Shown piece after piece: positions 1-12,960 of a DNA stretch of 64,000 nucleotides. The DNA lies in assembly GCA_030265395.1 (NCBI GenBank), contig JARFYF010000119.1, forward strand, positions 6,977,222-7,041,221. Direction: 5' to 3'. The DNA comes from Rhina ancylostomus (lineage: Eukaryota). Both the position numbers and the translations under genes were made by a program. How positions within the stretch are numbered: position 1 is the first letter of the stretch; every line of letters begins with the position of its first letter. The notes below the pieces were generated by a model that saw only the letters and a list, made by a program, of their open reading frames with translations, did no database searches and had not been told where the DNA came from.

Positions 1-959
1 GTTACAAAATTAGGTCTGGAGTGTTATCCATGATGGATGCAAGGGAACATATTCAAGTCTAGATTTTAACCTCATCTGCTGCTGATCACAAAGTAATTAC
101 AGATCTAGTGAGAGATTAGGCCCACATATCCACAATATACATTCCCTCTTCTCTCACATGTTTGACCATTCCAGCTTTATGTCACCACACACCATGTCTT
201 TGAATCTATTTTCTTGCATTTTTATTTTTGTTCTCTGTTCTAGCTTTGATCATTTGAAGCATTAGACACAATTGATGGGAAGGTTATTGCTCTACATCCG
301 AAATAAAATGGGGAATAATGGGCTGATTGTGCCTCAGGAAATCTCACACTTCTATACGTGCTTGGCTAAATGGTAGGTCCACACATTAAAATGAATATGA
401 GTGTGTCTCTGTCTGGACCATTCACTGCTCAGAGGGTGGTGAACGCAGTGGAAGATGTGACATTTCAGCATCCTGAAAATTAACTGCTAGTGCTTCAGAT
501 TGTCCACTCTGTCACTAACTCAACACTGAGCCCAGCAACAGAACAATGCACTTTGCATCTGCACCTCAGCTTTAACCTAAAGAGAAATGGCAAAGTAGTA
601 ACACCATTCATTTNNNNNNNNNNNNNNNAACCAGTGGAGAAAGTTAAATGTTCTAATTTATTTTACTTTGTTTTAATGCAGTAAATTATTTGTTAGTGTT
701 TAATATATGTTTAATTGAGCTTAGCTATTTTTAAAGCATTAAATAGTTAAATATCTCAGACAATCAGATACACTTAAAAACTGTTAAGTAGCTTTGATAT
801 CTGGCAAGGCCTCAGGAGATCTGAGGCCTACTCACTGCTTGGAGCTTACTCCATCTTGCTGGACACTCCTGGGAGCAGACAGTCAGTTCCTTCAGTCCAC
901 CACAACAGGCATAACTATGGGCCGTTTTCACTGGTGTCACAAGGTGAACAGTCCAGGGT

Positions 960-1462
960 TGAAAGAGATGAACTGTTTACAATCTATATTAACTGAATGT
1001 AGGGAATGAATATACTGCAGCTAAATTTGCTGGTGATAGGTGGGTTAGCAAATAGTGAAAAGGACATAACCAGCCCACAAAGGGTTATTGACAGATTATA
1101 AGTGAATGGGCAAGAAATTGGCAGATAAAGCATAATGTGAGTAAATATGAGATTATCCTCTTTGGAAGGAAGAATTAAAAATCAAATTATTATTTAAAAT
1201 GAAATTACAAAATGTTTTGGTACAAAGGAATCTACAATTCCAGTACAGAAAATACAGAAAGGTTGGACACGTGTACAACAAGTAATTCGGAAAATAGTGG
1301 AATGCTGGCCTTTGGTGCAAGGATTATGAATAATAAAGATAGGGAAGCTTTGATTCAATTTTACAGTGCACTGATGAGGCCTCACCTGGAGAACCATGTG
1401 TAGATTTGGTCTCCACATCCAAGGATGGATATACTTGCATTTGAGGCAGCACAGAGAATATT
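960..1462 (+). mobile_element. CR1 LINE fragment (RT C-terminal region), runs into a gap
   Basis: Decayed KFA.D..GG, W..KWQ..NV.K, and LIQFYSALMRPHLE (CR1 [12 protein letters not shown] motif). Confidence 0.8.
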
Positions 1463-2394
1463 NNNNNNNNNNNNNNNNNNNNNNNNNNNNNNNNNNNNNN
1501 NNNNNNNNNNNNNNNNNNNNNNNNNNNNNNNNNNNNNNNNNNNNNNNNNNNNNNNNNNNNNNNNNNNNNNNNNNNNNNNNNNNNNNNNNNNNNNNNNNNN
1601 NNNNNNNNNNNNNNNNNNNNNNNNNNNNNNNNNNNNNNNNNNNNNNNNNNNNNNNNNNNNNNNNNNNNNNNNNNNNNNNNNNNNNNNNNNNNNNNNNNNN
1701 NNNNNNNNNNNNNNNNNNNNNNNNNNNNNNNNNNNNNNNNNNNNNNNNNNNNNNNNNNNNNNNNNNNNNNNNNNNNNNNNNNNNNNNNNNNNNNNNNNNN
1801 NNNNNNNNNNNNNNNNNNNNNNNNNNNNNNNNNNNNNNNNNNNNNNNNNNNNNNNNNNNNNNNNNNNNNNNNNNNNNNNNNNNNNNNNNNNNNNNNNNNN
1901 NNNNNNNNNNNNNNNNNNNNNNNNNNNNNNNNNNNNNNNNNNNNNNNNNNNNNNNNNNNNNNNNNNNNNNNNNNNNNNNNNNNNNNNNNNNNNNNNNNNN
2001 NNNNNNNNNNNNNNAGGAACTCACTTTTCCCTCAGTGATTATATTACCCACTCTGTGCCAAATTCACTCTGGAATGGTTGCCAATTTCCTGCAGTCAACA
2101 GAAGAGTGGAATTAGCAGATGGTGACTGAGGTAAAGATGAAGTGCTTTTTTTTCTGGGAAATCCCCTTCCGAACATCATGTGCTGAATCATCCATCATCT
2201 GAATTTGATGGCTGTGGTCTCTGCTAATTTGTGCTTACCTGGGCCAAGACTGATAGTGTTGACCTTCCACTCTCAGGGAACAGCAGCAAAGCTTCAGGGA
2301 GGCTGGTGCTGCGGCCCTGCCCTCAGACCAACCTGGCTACCTTTCACATGAGGCAAAGCTGTGAGGCTTTTCTATCATAGTTTTACTTGTCTCT

Positions 2395-2740
2395 GATAGA
2401 GCCAGAGACTCATAGAGCATGGCAACAAACACTTTGTCCCACCACATCCATACCAACCATTGGCACCCATAATATTAATCCTACAGTTTTATTCTGCCCG
2501 CATTCCCATCAACTTCATCCAGATTCTCTCACTCACCTACATGCCAGGGGCAATTTACAGTGGCCAATTAACCTGTCAACCCAAATGACTTTGTCGTAGG
2601 AAACTGGAGCACCCAGAGGAAACCTATGCAGTCACAGGGATAACATGCAAACTCCATGTAGACAGCACTGGAGATTAGGATTGAACCTGGGTTGTTGAAG
2701 CTATGAGACAGCAGCGCTACTGGCTATGCCATCATGCCTG
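2395..2740 (-). mobile_element. tRNA-derived V-SINE (HE1-like)
   Basis: ggccaattaacc..ggaaactggagcacccagaggaaacc..acagggataacatgcaaactcc..gattgaacctgggt is the reverse complement of a tRNA-like head plus V-domain; shared with copies at 6.9, 15.5, 22.6 and 32.4 kb. Confidence 0.8.
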
Positions 2741-2879
2741 ATATTCAGGGCATTTTAAAACAATTATAATTGCTATGAATAATTTAAAAAATAATCAAAA
2801 GCACTTTAAAATTCTAAGAAATAATTAAAACATTAAAATAAAACAATCTACCTTTTCCACCTAAACTCCAGGTCAGATA

Positions 2880-3019
2880 GATTAATGTTAATTTAAGTTT
2901 ATCTTAACTTACGCTTGTCATGTTTGTAATGTATTGTGCTGCTGCTGCAAAAAGCTGATTTTCATGGCATTTATGCCCTGTTCAGGTATGCCTCTGACAA
3001 TGATAAACTTGAACTTGAG
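2880..3019 (+). mobile_element. Rex1/Babar-like LINE 3' tail
   Basis: tgtgctgctgctgcaaaaagctgattttcatggc..gacaatgataaacttgaacttga, ending in a short tandem-repeat tail. Confidence 0.5.
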
Positions 3020-3073
3020 TTAGCCCATTGAAATGAATGGGAACTCTATCTGCATGTTTCGTATTGGCAGCCC

Positions 3074-3540
3074 TGTTACGTACCAGCAATAACAGAAACA
3101 CACCGAGACATGTATAAGTGTTAAAAACTACTTTATGAATAACTACTTATGATTATAAGTAAAATAAAAGTAAAAATGTTAGAAATGTTAGAAGTAAAAA
3201 TGTTAAACCCTGAACATTAACTCCCAAAGACTAAACTTGTCGTGTGTGTGTGGCAAATTCCCAAACTCCACGTCCAGGAATGGTTCTTAAAGTTCAGTTC
3301 AGCAANNNNNNNNNNNNNNNNNNNNNNNNNNNNNNNNNNNNNNNNNNNNNNNNNNNNNNNNNNNNNNNNNNNNNNNNNNNNNNNNNNNNNNNNNNNNNNN
3401 NNNNNCTCCTTCAGACTGACTCCGACTGGTTGTTTCAACAACAACGTCATGACGTTCTTTATCTTCTGTTGACGTAAGCATCACACACACACACACACTA
3501 TCTTAAAGGAACCTCACTAATTGTAACCTAGTCCGTAACA
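3074..3540. mobile_element. Solo LTR or short LTR element (Gypsy-like), contains an assembly gap
   Basis: Termini TGTTACG...CGTAACA (7-bp inverted, TG..CA) flanked by a 4-bp duplication GCCC (3070-3073, 3541-3544). Confidence 0.8.
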
Positions 3541-4333
3541 GCCCTGCAGCCCTGACAGGTGTCGCATCAGTGAGGCAGCCTCCTCATCCTGATGCAAGAC
3601 TGGGGTCTGTTATGGGCTTTCTGTGTATTCAGTGATGGAGCAGCATTAGCATCAGTCACTCAGCATGTCCTGTACTTAGAGTGGGACCACACTTCCGAGG
3701 CTTACTTAAATGGGAGTGGTTGAAATCTAGCCATTCCCTTCACGATCTCCATGCACAACCACACCCCCCCAACCCCCCGCTTTGTCCCAATGCATCAGTA
3801 AGCATGCAAGGTACAAGTCAGGAAAATGCTTTCTCATTAAGGACCTATCAAACTATTTAAAGATGCTTACAATTCACAATTTGCTGACTTTGCAACTCAA
3901 TTAATTCTTACTTGTCACAATCAGGCAAGGCCAGTCTCCAGCACAACTTTAATAGCCTTGGCTGAGACTAAATTAAAGAGGAGAAAACCATTATGTTTAA
4001 TTACCTCTTAAAGGAAATCCTCTCCAAAAGTCACAGCACAGGTGAGCCACAATGGGATCCAGAGGACATTTCCTGCAGGTACAGTATTGGCAGTGTTTTC
4101 TCTGAACTGTCCACCTCTTTGGCCCCTATTGCTGTTTAAGCAAGGAGACTGGAAAGAAAAAATGACTGAAGTTAAACTGGGATCATTCCAGTCTGCCTTT
4201 TCATGGAGCACTTTTAATTTCAGTTAGCTTAGANNNNNNNNNNNNNNNNNNNNNNNNNNNNNNNNNNNNNNNNNNNNNNNNNNNNNNNNNNNNNNNNNNN
4301 NNNNNNNNNNNNNNNNNNNNNNNNNNNNNNNNN

Positions 4334-4460
4334 TCCAGGCAGCATCCTGGTAAATCTCCTCTGCACCCTCTCCAATGCCTCCACATCCTTCCTATAATGC
4401 GGCGACCAGATCTGAACACAGTACTCTAAGTGTGGTCTAACTAGAGTTTTGTAAAGCTGA
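4334..4460 (-). mobile_element. CR1 LINE fragment, young
   Basis: Reverse complement encodes ..[37 protein letters not shown]. Confidence 0.85.
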
Positions 4461-4742
4461 TTGTAAAGCTAAAGTATAGATTGTGATGTCCATTGCTAAT
4501 ATTTGCTGGAGTTATATTTTCACCTTTGCTGCCTGGCATTTGATGAAATTTGATTAGTAGGCTACACGCTACTAATAATCTCACCATTCATTCCCCACCC
4601 CACTCATCCCATCATTCTGCCCCATTTTTGTGCCATTATTTAATAATCACTAATGTTAAGAACAAACCCTAATGTTTCAAAAGAGCTCATATAATAGTGT
4701 CATTTACAAAAGGTGAAGCAAAATAACCTCTTGAAATAACAC

Positions 4743-5000
4743 AAAGTCAAAGTCAAAGTTGAATTTATTGTCATATGTACAAGGACATGTAGCAGAGGTC
4801 CAATGAAAAACTTACTTGTAGCAGCTTCACAAGCACTGGTATTGGTACTGGTATTGATATAAGCAGCATTTACAAGAAAAACATAAATTAAACATAAATT
4901 ATACGTAATTTTTTACAAGAAAGAACACAATTAAAACTGAAAAAAAACAATGTCCATTTTAGTGCAAAGTGATCAAAGTGATCATAATGTTGCTAAGCTG
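4743..5000 (-). mobile_element. Rex1-like LINE/SINE 3' tail
   Basis: (caaagt)n tail followed by tttattgtcatatg..caatgaaaaacttacttgtagcagc. Confidence 0.5.
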
Positions 5001-6789
5001 GAATAAACCCCATGAGAATTAAAAGAAAAACCATCAGGACTTTAAGCTACCATTTTCTGTTTTAATTGCAAACCTCTGCTTTTTGTGCAGTAACAAGCCA
5101 CTGCTCCATCGGCAATTACAGAGTGGACTAGATTCATTAATGAGAAGCCCCTGCTTATAATTCAGTAGTCTTGTTAATCAAATTGATGCATTTTTATGAG
5201 TGTTACATCAGTATGTGTCTATATTTTAGTTACTTCTTTCTTTGGTGCTCATTAAAGGTTGAATATTGTTCCACCAAGAAGCTAGTGGAACACAAAAATG
5301 TATGAAAAGCATCCCAATCAGTGACATTCAAAGTCACTCATTTTCGATTGTCAATAGTGAATACTTACTTCACTGACAGATTCCCAATTGAATGAACTGA
5401 CAAGGGAGTTCTTATATTTCTATTCCATGTCCTCTTCCACAGTAGATGTAGCATGACTGCCAAGGGTGCACACTTCCTTTGATGTAATCAATAAAATGAA
5501 AGGGAAAATAAAGCAGTTAAAGAAGTGGGAACCCAATGCACTTACACTGAAAGGCTATAGTGACAATTGAGGAGTTTTGCTGAGCAAAAGCTAAAGGCCA
5601 AGCAATGTGGACAAGATGTAGCATTGATGATAGGTGTGTGTTAGAATTGAGATACAGGGAATGGGACACTTGCAGACTTGCCAGAATGGGAAAACTTGAA
5701 GCTTTACGAAAACGAGGCTGGCTGTTAATATCAGCCAGGGCATTGTTGTCACCCTCCCTTTCATCATTATCCTCTCTGTTACTACCACCCACTTAAAACA
5801 GGGGCCAAGAAATATCAACAAGATTGGGTAGTCTGCAGTACACTATCGTGCCATGAAGATAACTGTCATTTCGCTTGCCGTGGCTACTGTATAGTTTTCC
5901 ATTGACCAATAGCATGAGGGTGTTTACTTTTTTCCATTTACCAGAGTCCACAAAGTCCCTGGTGTGTTTCGTTTCACCTCCTCAGCCCTGCTTGCTCCTT
6001 CAGGGAGCACAATCCAATAATTGCACTCTTGAGCCCTAGAACTTGTAACTCCTTCAACATCCTGCTGGCCTGTGATCATCTGTTTTGCAGTCTTGTCATG
6101 CAGCAGTCACGCTGCCTTTATTTTAACCCCATGATTAGAGCCAGGTGAAGTGAAGAATGGAGGGCTGGGAAACCAGGTTCCCTTTCTTGTGCAGCAGCCA
6201 CCCCTTCTTTCTAAATGAGCCACTGCACTCTGCACAAATTTCCAAAACAGTGAAGAATCAAGATGAAGTTCCAGTTGAGAAAGGCAATGGGTACTGGCCA
6301 GATTAGAACAAAGAAGAAATCAAGGAAGCTCAGGCAACAGCTGCTGAATCACTGCTGGCTGTTGTTACAACTTCCCAATGAGACGACTTCCTTTGAATTA
6401 ACCTACACGCACAATCCAAAGGAGGCACTTCTCTAAGTCCTACAGAATATGTCTTCTCCCCATTACCTTCAATTCATACTTAAACGGGTAATATGCCTGT
6501 CACATGCTGACATGTCATCCATCATCATAAGCACATGACTATGGGGAAGATGCTTTGGCAAATTATATGTTCAAAGGGTTAGTGATGTGCTTCAAAAGGA
6601 AGCACTTGGAATTGAGACTGTCCTTGGATTTTATATGTTGTTGCCTCATTCATAATTATTGTTTATCAGACACTGCCTTACTACCTACTGACTCATGTAA
6701 TGGCACCAAAGAACTTGAACCCTTCATCCAAGGCCCTCTTCATGCCTCTCCAAGGCACATTGTAGCCCAAGAGCTAATAATTGGTATTA

Positions 6790-7045
6790 AATAAGGTATC
6801 TTTACTAGTCACATGTACATCAAAACACACAGTTTACACATCCATGTCACAAGATCCATGTCACATCTTTTGCATAGAGTGTTCTGGGGGCAGCCCACAA
6901 GTGTTGCCACGCTTTCGGCACCAACATGGCATGCCCACAACTTCCTAACCTGTACATCTTTGGAATGTAGGAGGAAACCGGACCACCCAGAGGAAACCTA
7001 CACAGACATGGGGAGAACATACAAACTCCTTACAGACAGTTATAT
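6790..7045 (-). mobile_element. V-SINE copy, 5'-truncated
   Basis: tctttggaatgtaggaggaaaccggaccacccagaggaaacctacacagacatggggagaacatacaaactccttacagacag. Confidence 0.8.
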
Positions 7046-7452
7046 GTACAGAGATATAGTGAAAAACTTTGTTTTGCATGCCATCCAGACAGATCATTCC
7101 AAACATAAGTACATCAAGGTAGTACAAAGGGAAAAACAATAGCAGAATGAAGTTACAGTGTTACAGTTACAGAGAAAAAAGGTGCAAGGTCCATGACGAA
7201 ATAAGATTGAGAGATCAAGAGTTCATCTTTATCGTACAAGAGGTCCATTCAAGAGTCTTATAACAGTGAGATAGAAGCTGTTCTTGAGCCTGATGGTGCA
7301 TGTTTTCAATCTTTAGTATCTTCTGCCAAATGGGAGGGGGGTGAAGAAGGAATGACTAGGTTAAGAGGGGTCTTTGATTATGTTGGCTGCTTTCCCGAGG
7401 CTACGGGAAGTATAGACAGAGTCAATGGAGGGGAGGTTGGTTTTCGTGATAC
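7046..7452 (-). mobile_element. Rex1/Babar LINE 3' end
   Basis: Minus strand encodes ITKTNLPSIDSVYTSRSLGKAANIIKDP..HSFFTPLPFGRRY*RLKTCTIRLKNSFYLTVIRLLN, the typical Rex1 RT C-terminus. Confidence 0.85.
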
Positions 7453-8129
7453 CATGTATTTTAGGTGGACACAGTGAGTTTCCTCACCCCAAGTATCATC
7501 CAACGAAGGTTGCGTACCACCAACTTCAGTGACAACTACTATCTGTTGAATTAACAAAGTCATCCACATCTCTGAATGTGTGAACTCCGCTCTTTCAAAA
7601 TACATGAATTTGGTGTTTAGTCCCTCCTCTGCCAGCATATCCCGTTGCAAGTTACTCATGCAGTATTCATCCCCTAGTGCATTCTCCTCCATCTTGATCT
7701 TAAAATCCTGCAGGACTGATGTACTGGTACCCTTCATTAGATTAGAGTGAGCAATGCAACCTGCTGTAAGGTTCTGTTTCTCTTCAGCCTCCAGCCCAGT
7801 TTCACATGATAGACCTAAGAGAGCACATAAAGAATACATGTTCTACACTGGTATTTTCTGCATGTTGCAGGAATAAAAACAGGGAAAGTGTTCACCCACA
7901 GCCTGCAATTTTCTCTGGATTTAATCCAATGGCAACCACCGGTCAGAGATGTGCAGGTTTTTCAAGCAAGAATGTTAAAATCCTGCCTCAGTTAGAACAT
8001 ATTGATTAGCATTAAATTCTACATCTGATACCGTCAGATTACATGAAGCAGTACATGCCAGGAAATGATGTGCATATAGTCTGAGATTTTCCACTTGTTG
8101 GAAAGAATGAGCAATTGGTTTCCCAAAGC

Positions 8130-8460
8130 AGGTGTTCAGAAGTGTGTCTGCACTTATGATGTAGGGATCAATTTGTGTACACAAGGTCCCATGAATAGCA
8201 AGATGGTAATAATTGTGATGTTGGTTTAAGCATTGGCCAGGACACTACCAAGAGCTCTATGGGTCATCTTCAAGCTTGTGACATGGATCTTTTATGTCTC
8301 CATTTGAAGTAGATGGTATCTGGTTTATCACTGATCTTTGAGATTGTACTTCCCTCAATTCCGTGCTAAAGTGATAGCTTAAATCTTGTGTTGAATTCTC
8401 CAGACTGGGACTTGAACCAACAGTACCCTGATTCAGACCTGAAAGCATGCCACTACACCA
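8130..8460 (-). mobile_element. Deu-domain SINE (SacSINE1/AmnSINE1-like)
   Basis: gatgttggtt..attggccaggacac..catggatcttttatgtc..tgggacttgaacc..ctgattcaga matches the reverse complement of a Deu domain plus tRNA-like head. Confidence 0.75.
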
Positions 8461-8649
8461 TACCTGCTATCCACATTAATTGAAATGAATTAAGGGTCTG
8501 TGTGTCTACTGTTACTGAGCTAGAGCTCCTTGTGTTGTACATTGTGTGATTGAAGCATCTGAGTCAGGAATCAACATGTTTCAGAGCGTGCTTTAAGTAA
8601 GATGAAAAAATGTCAGGAAGCGTTGAATGAACATTGAGCTCCTCAATGA

Positions 8650-9240
8650 ATTATTACAGCACAGAAGGTTCATCAGCCCATCAAATCAGTGCCAGCTCCT
8701 GGTAGAGTTATCTTGTTGGTCTCATACCCCTGCTCTTTACATTTGGCCCTGAAAATTATTCTCTCTCAAGTGCTTATCAAATTAACTTCTGAAGGCATTG
8801 AATGATTCTGTTTCTTGCACCCTTATACTGTAGGTAGGGACTTCCAGATCATCACTTAAAAGAGAAAACCTTCACATCCCCTTTTTACCTTTTGTCCCAA
8901 ATTTTATATCTGTTTTCTGGTCCTCCATCTCCCCTATCCAATCAAATTGTGATCTTGAACACCTCGATCAAATGTTCCCTCAACCTCACATCCTAATATC
9001 TTATATGCTTTACTATATGCCTTATGCAGTTGCTCTCTTAATATACCCTACCACTTGAAGGGTAGGATATATATGTGCACTCGTGTCCCTCTGTTCCTTC
9101 ACACCTTTTAGAACTGTGCCATTTCGTCTATATTGTCTTTTCAGTTTGTTTCTGTTAATGTATATCGTTTCATACTTCTCTGCATTGTTTTATTTAGCCA
9201 TTCAATCAGCTTATTTATTATTTCTTGCGGTCTATCTTCA
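8650..9240 (-). mobile_element. Old CR1 LINE 3' fragment
   Basis: acagcacagaagg..cagcccatc 3' tail, cacctcgatcaaatgttccctcaacctc and further decayed CR1 motifs. Confidence 0.65.
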
Positions 9241-10149
9241 TCTCCCTCTTATTTTCCCAATTGACTCATGCCTAAACAAATCTCAATAGCCTACCCCCTC
9301 AAATGAGTTAAAAGCATTCGAGATTTTAAATGTCCCTTTTTATAATGCAGTCTTCTTGGCACAGAAGTTGCTGGAAAGATGTACAGGAAAATCTGTGTGC
9401 TGTCCATACTGGATGTGTTTACATCAGTTATTGTGAATGGAAGGAGTTGTCAGAAGAAAACTATTTAAAGATATGAGAGCTTGCTGCAAAGGGTGCCCTG
9501 CTGCATGATGAGCGTTCAGAGTTTTGTAAGATTATGTGAGTGGGTGGAACTGTAGCTGCCATGCATACTAAATACTATGGGCAGATTTGGCTGCCAAACT
9601 AATGGTGAGGCTAATGGCACTTGCTGTTATTGATGAGCAAATATCGTACAACATGAAGTGAGCTCACATTCAAGGTTAAATGCTGAAATGCAGAAGATTT
9701 TGTCCAATTTGTGTACTTCACCTTTATCCTTGTTGAAATGGCTTCTCCCTATCTTCCTCATTATTGAACTGCATTGAATGATGTGAGACAATTGTGATCA
9801 CATGCTGGATAAAATGCAAACGCAACATAAGTCTTAACCATCCTACTCCGAATATGCCTTGATTTGCAAGATTTGCATAATTTGCAAATAATTGAGTCGT
9901 TGACTGCAGAAATCACGTTTTTTGAGATTTTATGCATTTTTTACCCCTCTTGAGATGTGCTGACGCTGACAATGTCAGTGCCAGTAATAAGATATGAGCT
10001 GATAGTGCATTGGCAGTCTATTTTAAACCTTGCCTGTCGACTTCAGAACAAAATTTTGTAGGCTGAGGGCTAACTATGAACCCATTTACTGGAGCAGACC
10101 AGCTTCATGCCCAGAATCTCCAACCTGTTTCTAAATATGCAGATGCTAC

Positions 10150-10970
10150 AAAACTTGGCAATATTGGGAACTGCAAAGACAATACTGATAAACTGCAGAA
10201 GATTGGTGGAAAGGGCAGGTGCATGGCAGTTGAAGTTTAACGTAGAGAAATGTGAGGTGCATTTTGGTCAGAAGAATGAGGAGAGGCAATAAAAAATACT
10301 TTAAAAAAGGTGCAGAAGAGGAGAGACATGCATTATCTATACACTAGACATTTAAAATGGTAAGGCAGATTAAGAAACCAGTTTAATAAAGCATACAAAT
10401 TTTGGATATTATGAATAGAGGCATGCTGAACCTTTATTAAACAGTGCTGCAGTCTGAACTATAGTATTGTGTTCAACTCTGGATGCCTCATTTTTGGAAG
10501 GATGGACATGCATTAGGGAGGGTCCACATGAGATTTACAAGAATGATTGCTGGGATGAGGTCCTCAGATACATGGATAGGTTGGAGAAGCTGGGATTGTT
10601 TTCTGGAGAAAGGAGAAAGAGGATTTTTGATAGAAATATATAAATGACAAGAAGTCTGGACAGAGTGAACACTGGGAGATTGTTCCCTTTGCTGGACAGG
10701 AGGCCATAGGTGTAAGAGTGATATGAGGAAAAGTTTTTTGTGCAGCATGTATTGTAATCTGAAATGCACTGCCTGCTGATGTGATGGAGGCAAGTTCCAC
10801 TGTGGTCTTCAGAAGGGAATTGGATTAATATATGGTGAGAAGAGAATTAGCAATGCTACAAAGAAGGAGCTGGATGGTGGAAGTGGTGAGTTGCTCTGGT
10901 AAGGAGCCAGTATGGGCATGGTGAGCCCAATGGCCTTATCTGTGCTGTAGGCACCTATGATTTTGTGATA
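10150..10970 (+). mobile_element. CR1 LINE 3' portion
   Basis: AWQLKFNVEKCEVHFG, then LEYCVQLWMP-like, RFTRMIAGMR and LEKLGLFS motifs; 3' UTR ending tgtgctgta..tatgattt. Confidence 0.85.
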
Positions 10971-11439
10971 ACGTGTGGCTTGGCAAGGAATTTAGAGAAA
11001 ATGCTTTCCATAGTGCACTGCAGCTGTTGTCCCACCTACCACTGGGTGTAGGGGAGGGTAGTGCTTACAGTGTAACCTTTGGAGTTGCTGCCTTTGTCCT
11101 GTAAATAGTGTGTTTCTGCCAAGAGAGAGGTGCAGGGTTCAGTGTCAGGGGCGCTGATCAAGATATTTAAGATATTTGCTGTGTCTTGGATGCTATTGAG
11201 CATTAAGAGTGTTGCCTATCCAGGAAATCCTGCTTATCTCATTCATCTTAAAGGGTATGCTATAATTTTCTTTTATCTCAGGGAACCCTACCTGCCACAG
11301 CATGTGTGCTAGGTCACCTACTGCAAAAGGCAAAAAAAGCACCAGCAAGATCCCAAAATTAACAGAAGAGAATGAATGACATGGTATCTGTTTCTGGTGA
11401 GGCAAAATCTGGAGCCTCCCCTCCTTTCTGAGTAGTGTA

Positions 11440-11610
11440 GAAATGGTGCATCAGTCTGAGCTGACAGACAGGATTTCAATTTGATATCTGATCAGAAAGG
11501 CAACACCTCAGACACTCCAGTAATCCTTCAACACCGCACTGCAGAGTCAGAGCAGACTTGCTCATATATGACCTTTTGACTAAGCTATGAGAATGTTACC
11601 AAAGTGCTGA
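11440..11610 (-). mobile_element. Deu-domain SINE 5' fragment
   Basis: gaaaggcaacacctcagacact..accgcactgcagagtcag..accttttgact..gagaatgttacc, homologous to 8340-8460. Confidence 0.55.
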
Positions 11611-11984
11611 AATCATAACTATGATCCTTAATGTGTCAAGCAACAAAGAAAATTATCTATAACCACCTCATGATCAGTATAACTCAAACTAAAAAAAATG
11701 ACGGGAACCTTGAGGCTAATTGGATTTCCGGCCACAATTCATCTCTTCTGAATGTTGGAATTTTGCTACTCATTAAACATTCAAATAATTTTGACCTCAG
11801 GTGCCAAGGTAAAATGGCGATATCAACTTAGTCACTAGTTAACTACCTCTCCTGAATTTCATTTCCATTTACTATAATGGAAACAACAGTCATTTGAAAT
11901 GTTTATTTGTGGTCAAAACCTTTTACTGTTGTTTTTATGCTATTGTTCAAAATCAATATTGCCCCCAGTTAGAACTGACTTATT

Positions 11985-12022
11985 GTTGGAACCCTGCCTT
12001 ATCGTTGGAACCCTGCCTTATC
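11985..12022. repeat. Perfect 19-bp tandem duplication
   Basis: gttggaaccctgccttatc twice. Confidence 0.9.
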
Positions 12023-12139
12023 TTTAGATTGAAAAGAGCATTCAAAATCTTCACGAGATGTAATTGGTGAAATTATGTGGGAATTCGTTTAGGTGCTTAG
12101 AATGTACAATATGTAAATAGTCCATTTATCCCAATTGGT

Positions 12140-12960
12140 CAATGCCAATGATCTTGATTACCTTGAACTAACCCCTTTGTCAAACCTTATCACCTTTTAT
12201 TCTTTCTCCATTATTTCTTTTCATAGCTTTCCTTTAAATGCATTTTTGTTGTTTACTTCAAATATTCAGCTTAATGGTGAATTCCAATTTGTGAGCACTC
12301 TTGAGGAAAGAATTATTTTATAGATTTTTTTTTGTGACTGCCTCATATGTATGGGCCGTAATTTTGGTCTCCCACTGCTAAAATGTGCCCTCAATTGCAA
12401 GCAGTAACAGTGTGTTGTAATTTAAATCTGAAATTCAGTCCAGTGCAGTCAATGGAACCAACTTTCATTAACTACATACAGCATCCAACCACTAGTACAT
12501 TTCATGGTAGGTGCATTCAACTGAGGAAAAATTTCTATCCCATTCTTCCCTACAACCATCCAATCANNNNNNNNNNNNNNNNNNNNNNNNNNNNNNNNNN
12601 NNNNNNNNNNNNNNNNNNNNNNNNNNNNNNNNNNNNNNNNNNNNNNNNNNNNNNNNNNNNNNNNNNAATCAAACCCTTCCACAATTCTACAAACTTCCAT
12701 TTTATTTAATCTTTTCGCTTGAGAAAAGAGTCAGATCATTCATTCTTTCTGATATGTTGTCTTTAAAGTTTTCTCTTTTATAAGGTTTTTATAATATGGA
12801 ACTCATAACTGTGCACAGTACTTCAAGTGTGGTCGAAATAAGGTCCTAGATAAGTTGGGCTAAACTCCCCTACTTCCCAGTTCTATGCCTCTAAAACAAG
12901 CTCCAGTGTTTCTTTTGCATTTTTACTAACCTTATTAATCTGCATCTCTACTTTTATTGG
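12140..12960 (-). mobile_element. Old CR1 fragment interrupted by a gap
   Basis: cataactgtgcacagtacttcaagtgtggtcg is the reverse complement of RPHLKYCAQLW ([11 protein letters not shown] motif). Confidence 0.6.

Noticed and set aside
1194-2129. Long ORFs of 200-285 aa here and at 18.0-18.9 kb and 35.2-35.8 kb
   Set aside because: They are open only because they cross N gaps.
2395-2740. tRNA gene suggested by B-box-like ggttcaatcc sequences
   Set aside because: These are SINE heads continuing into V or Deu domains; no cloverleaf.
7378-7839. 153-aa minus-strand ORF
   Set aside because: No recognisable domain, and it ends inside a Rex1 remnant in a non-RT frame; likely chance.
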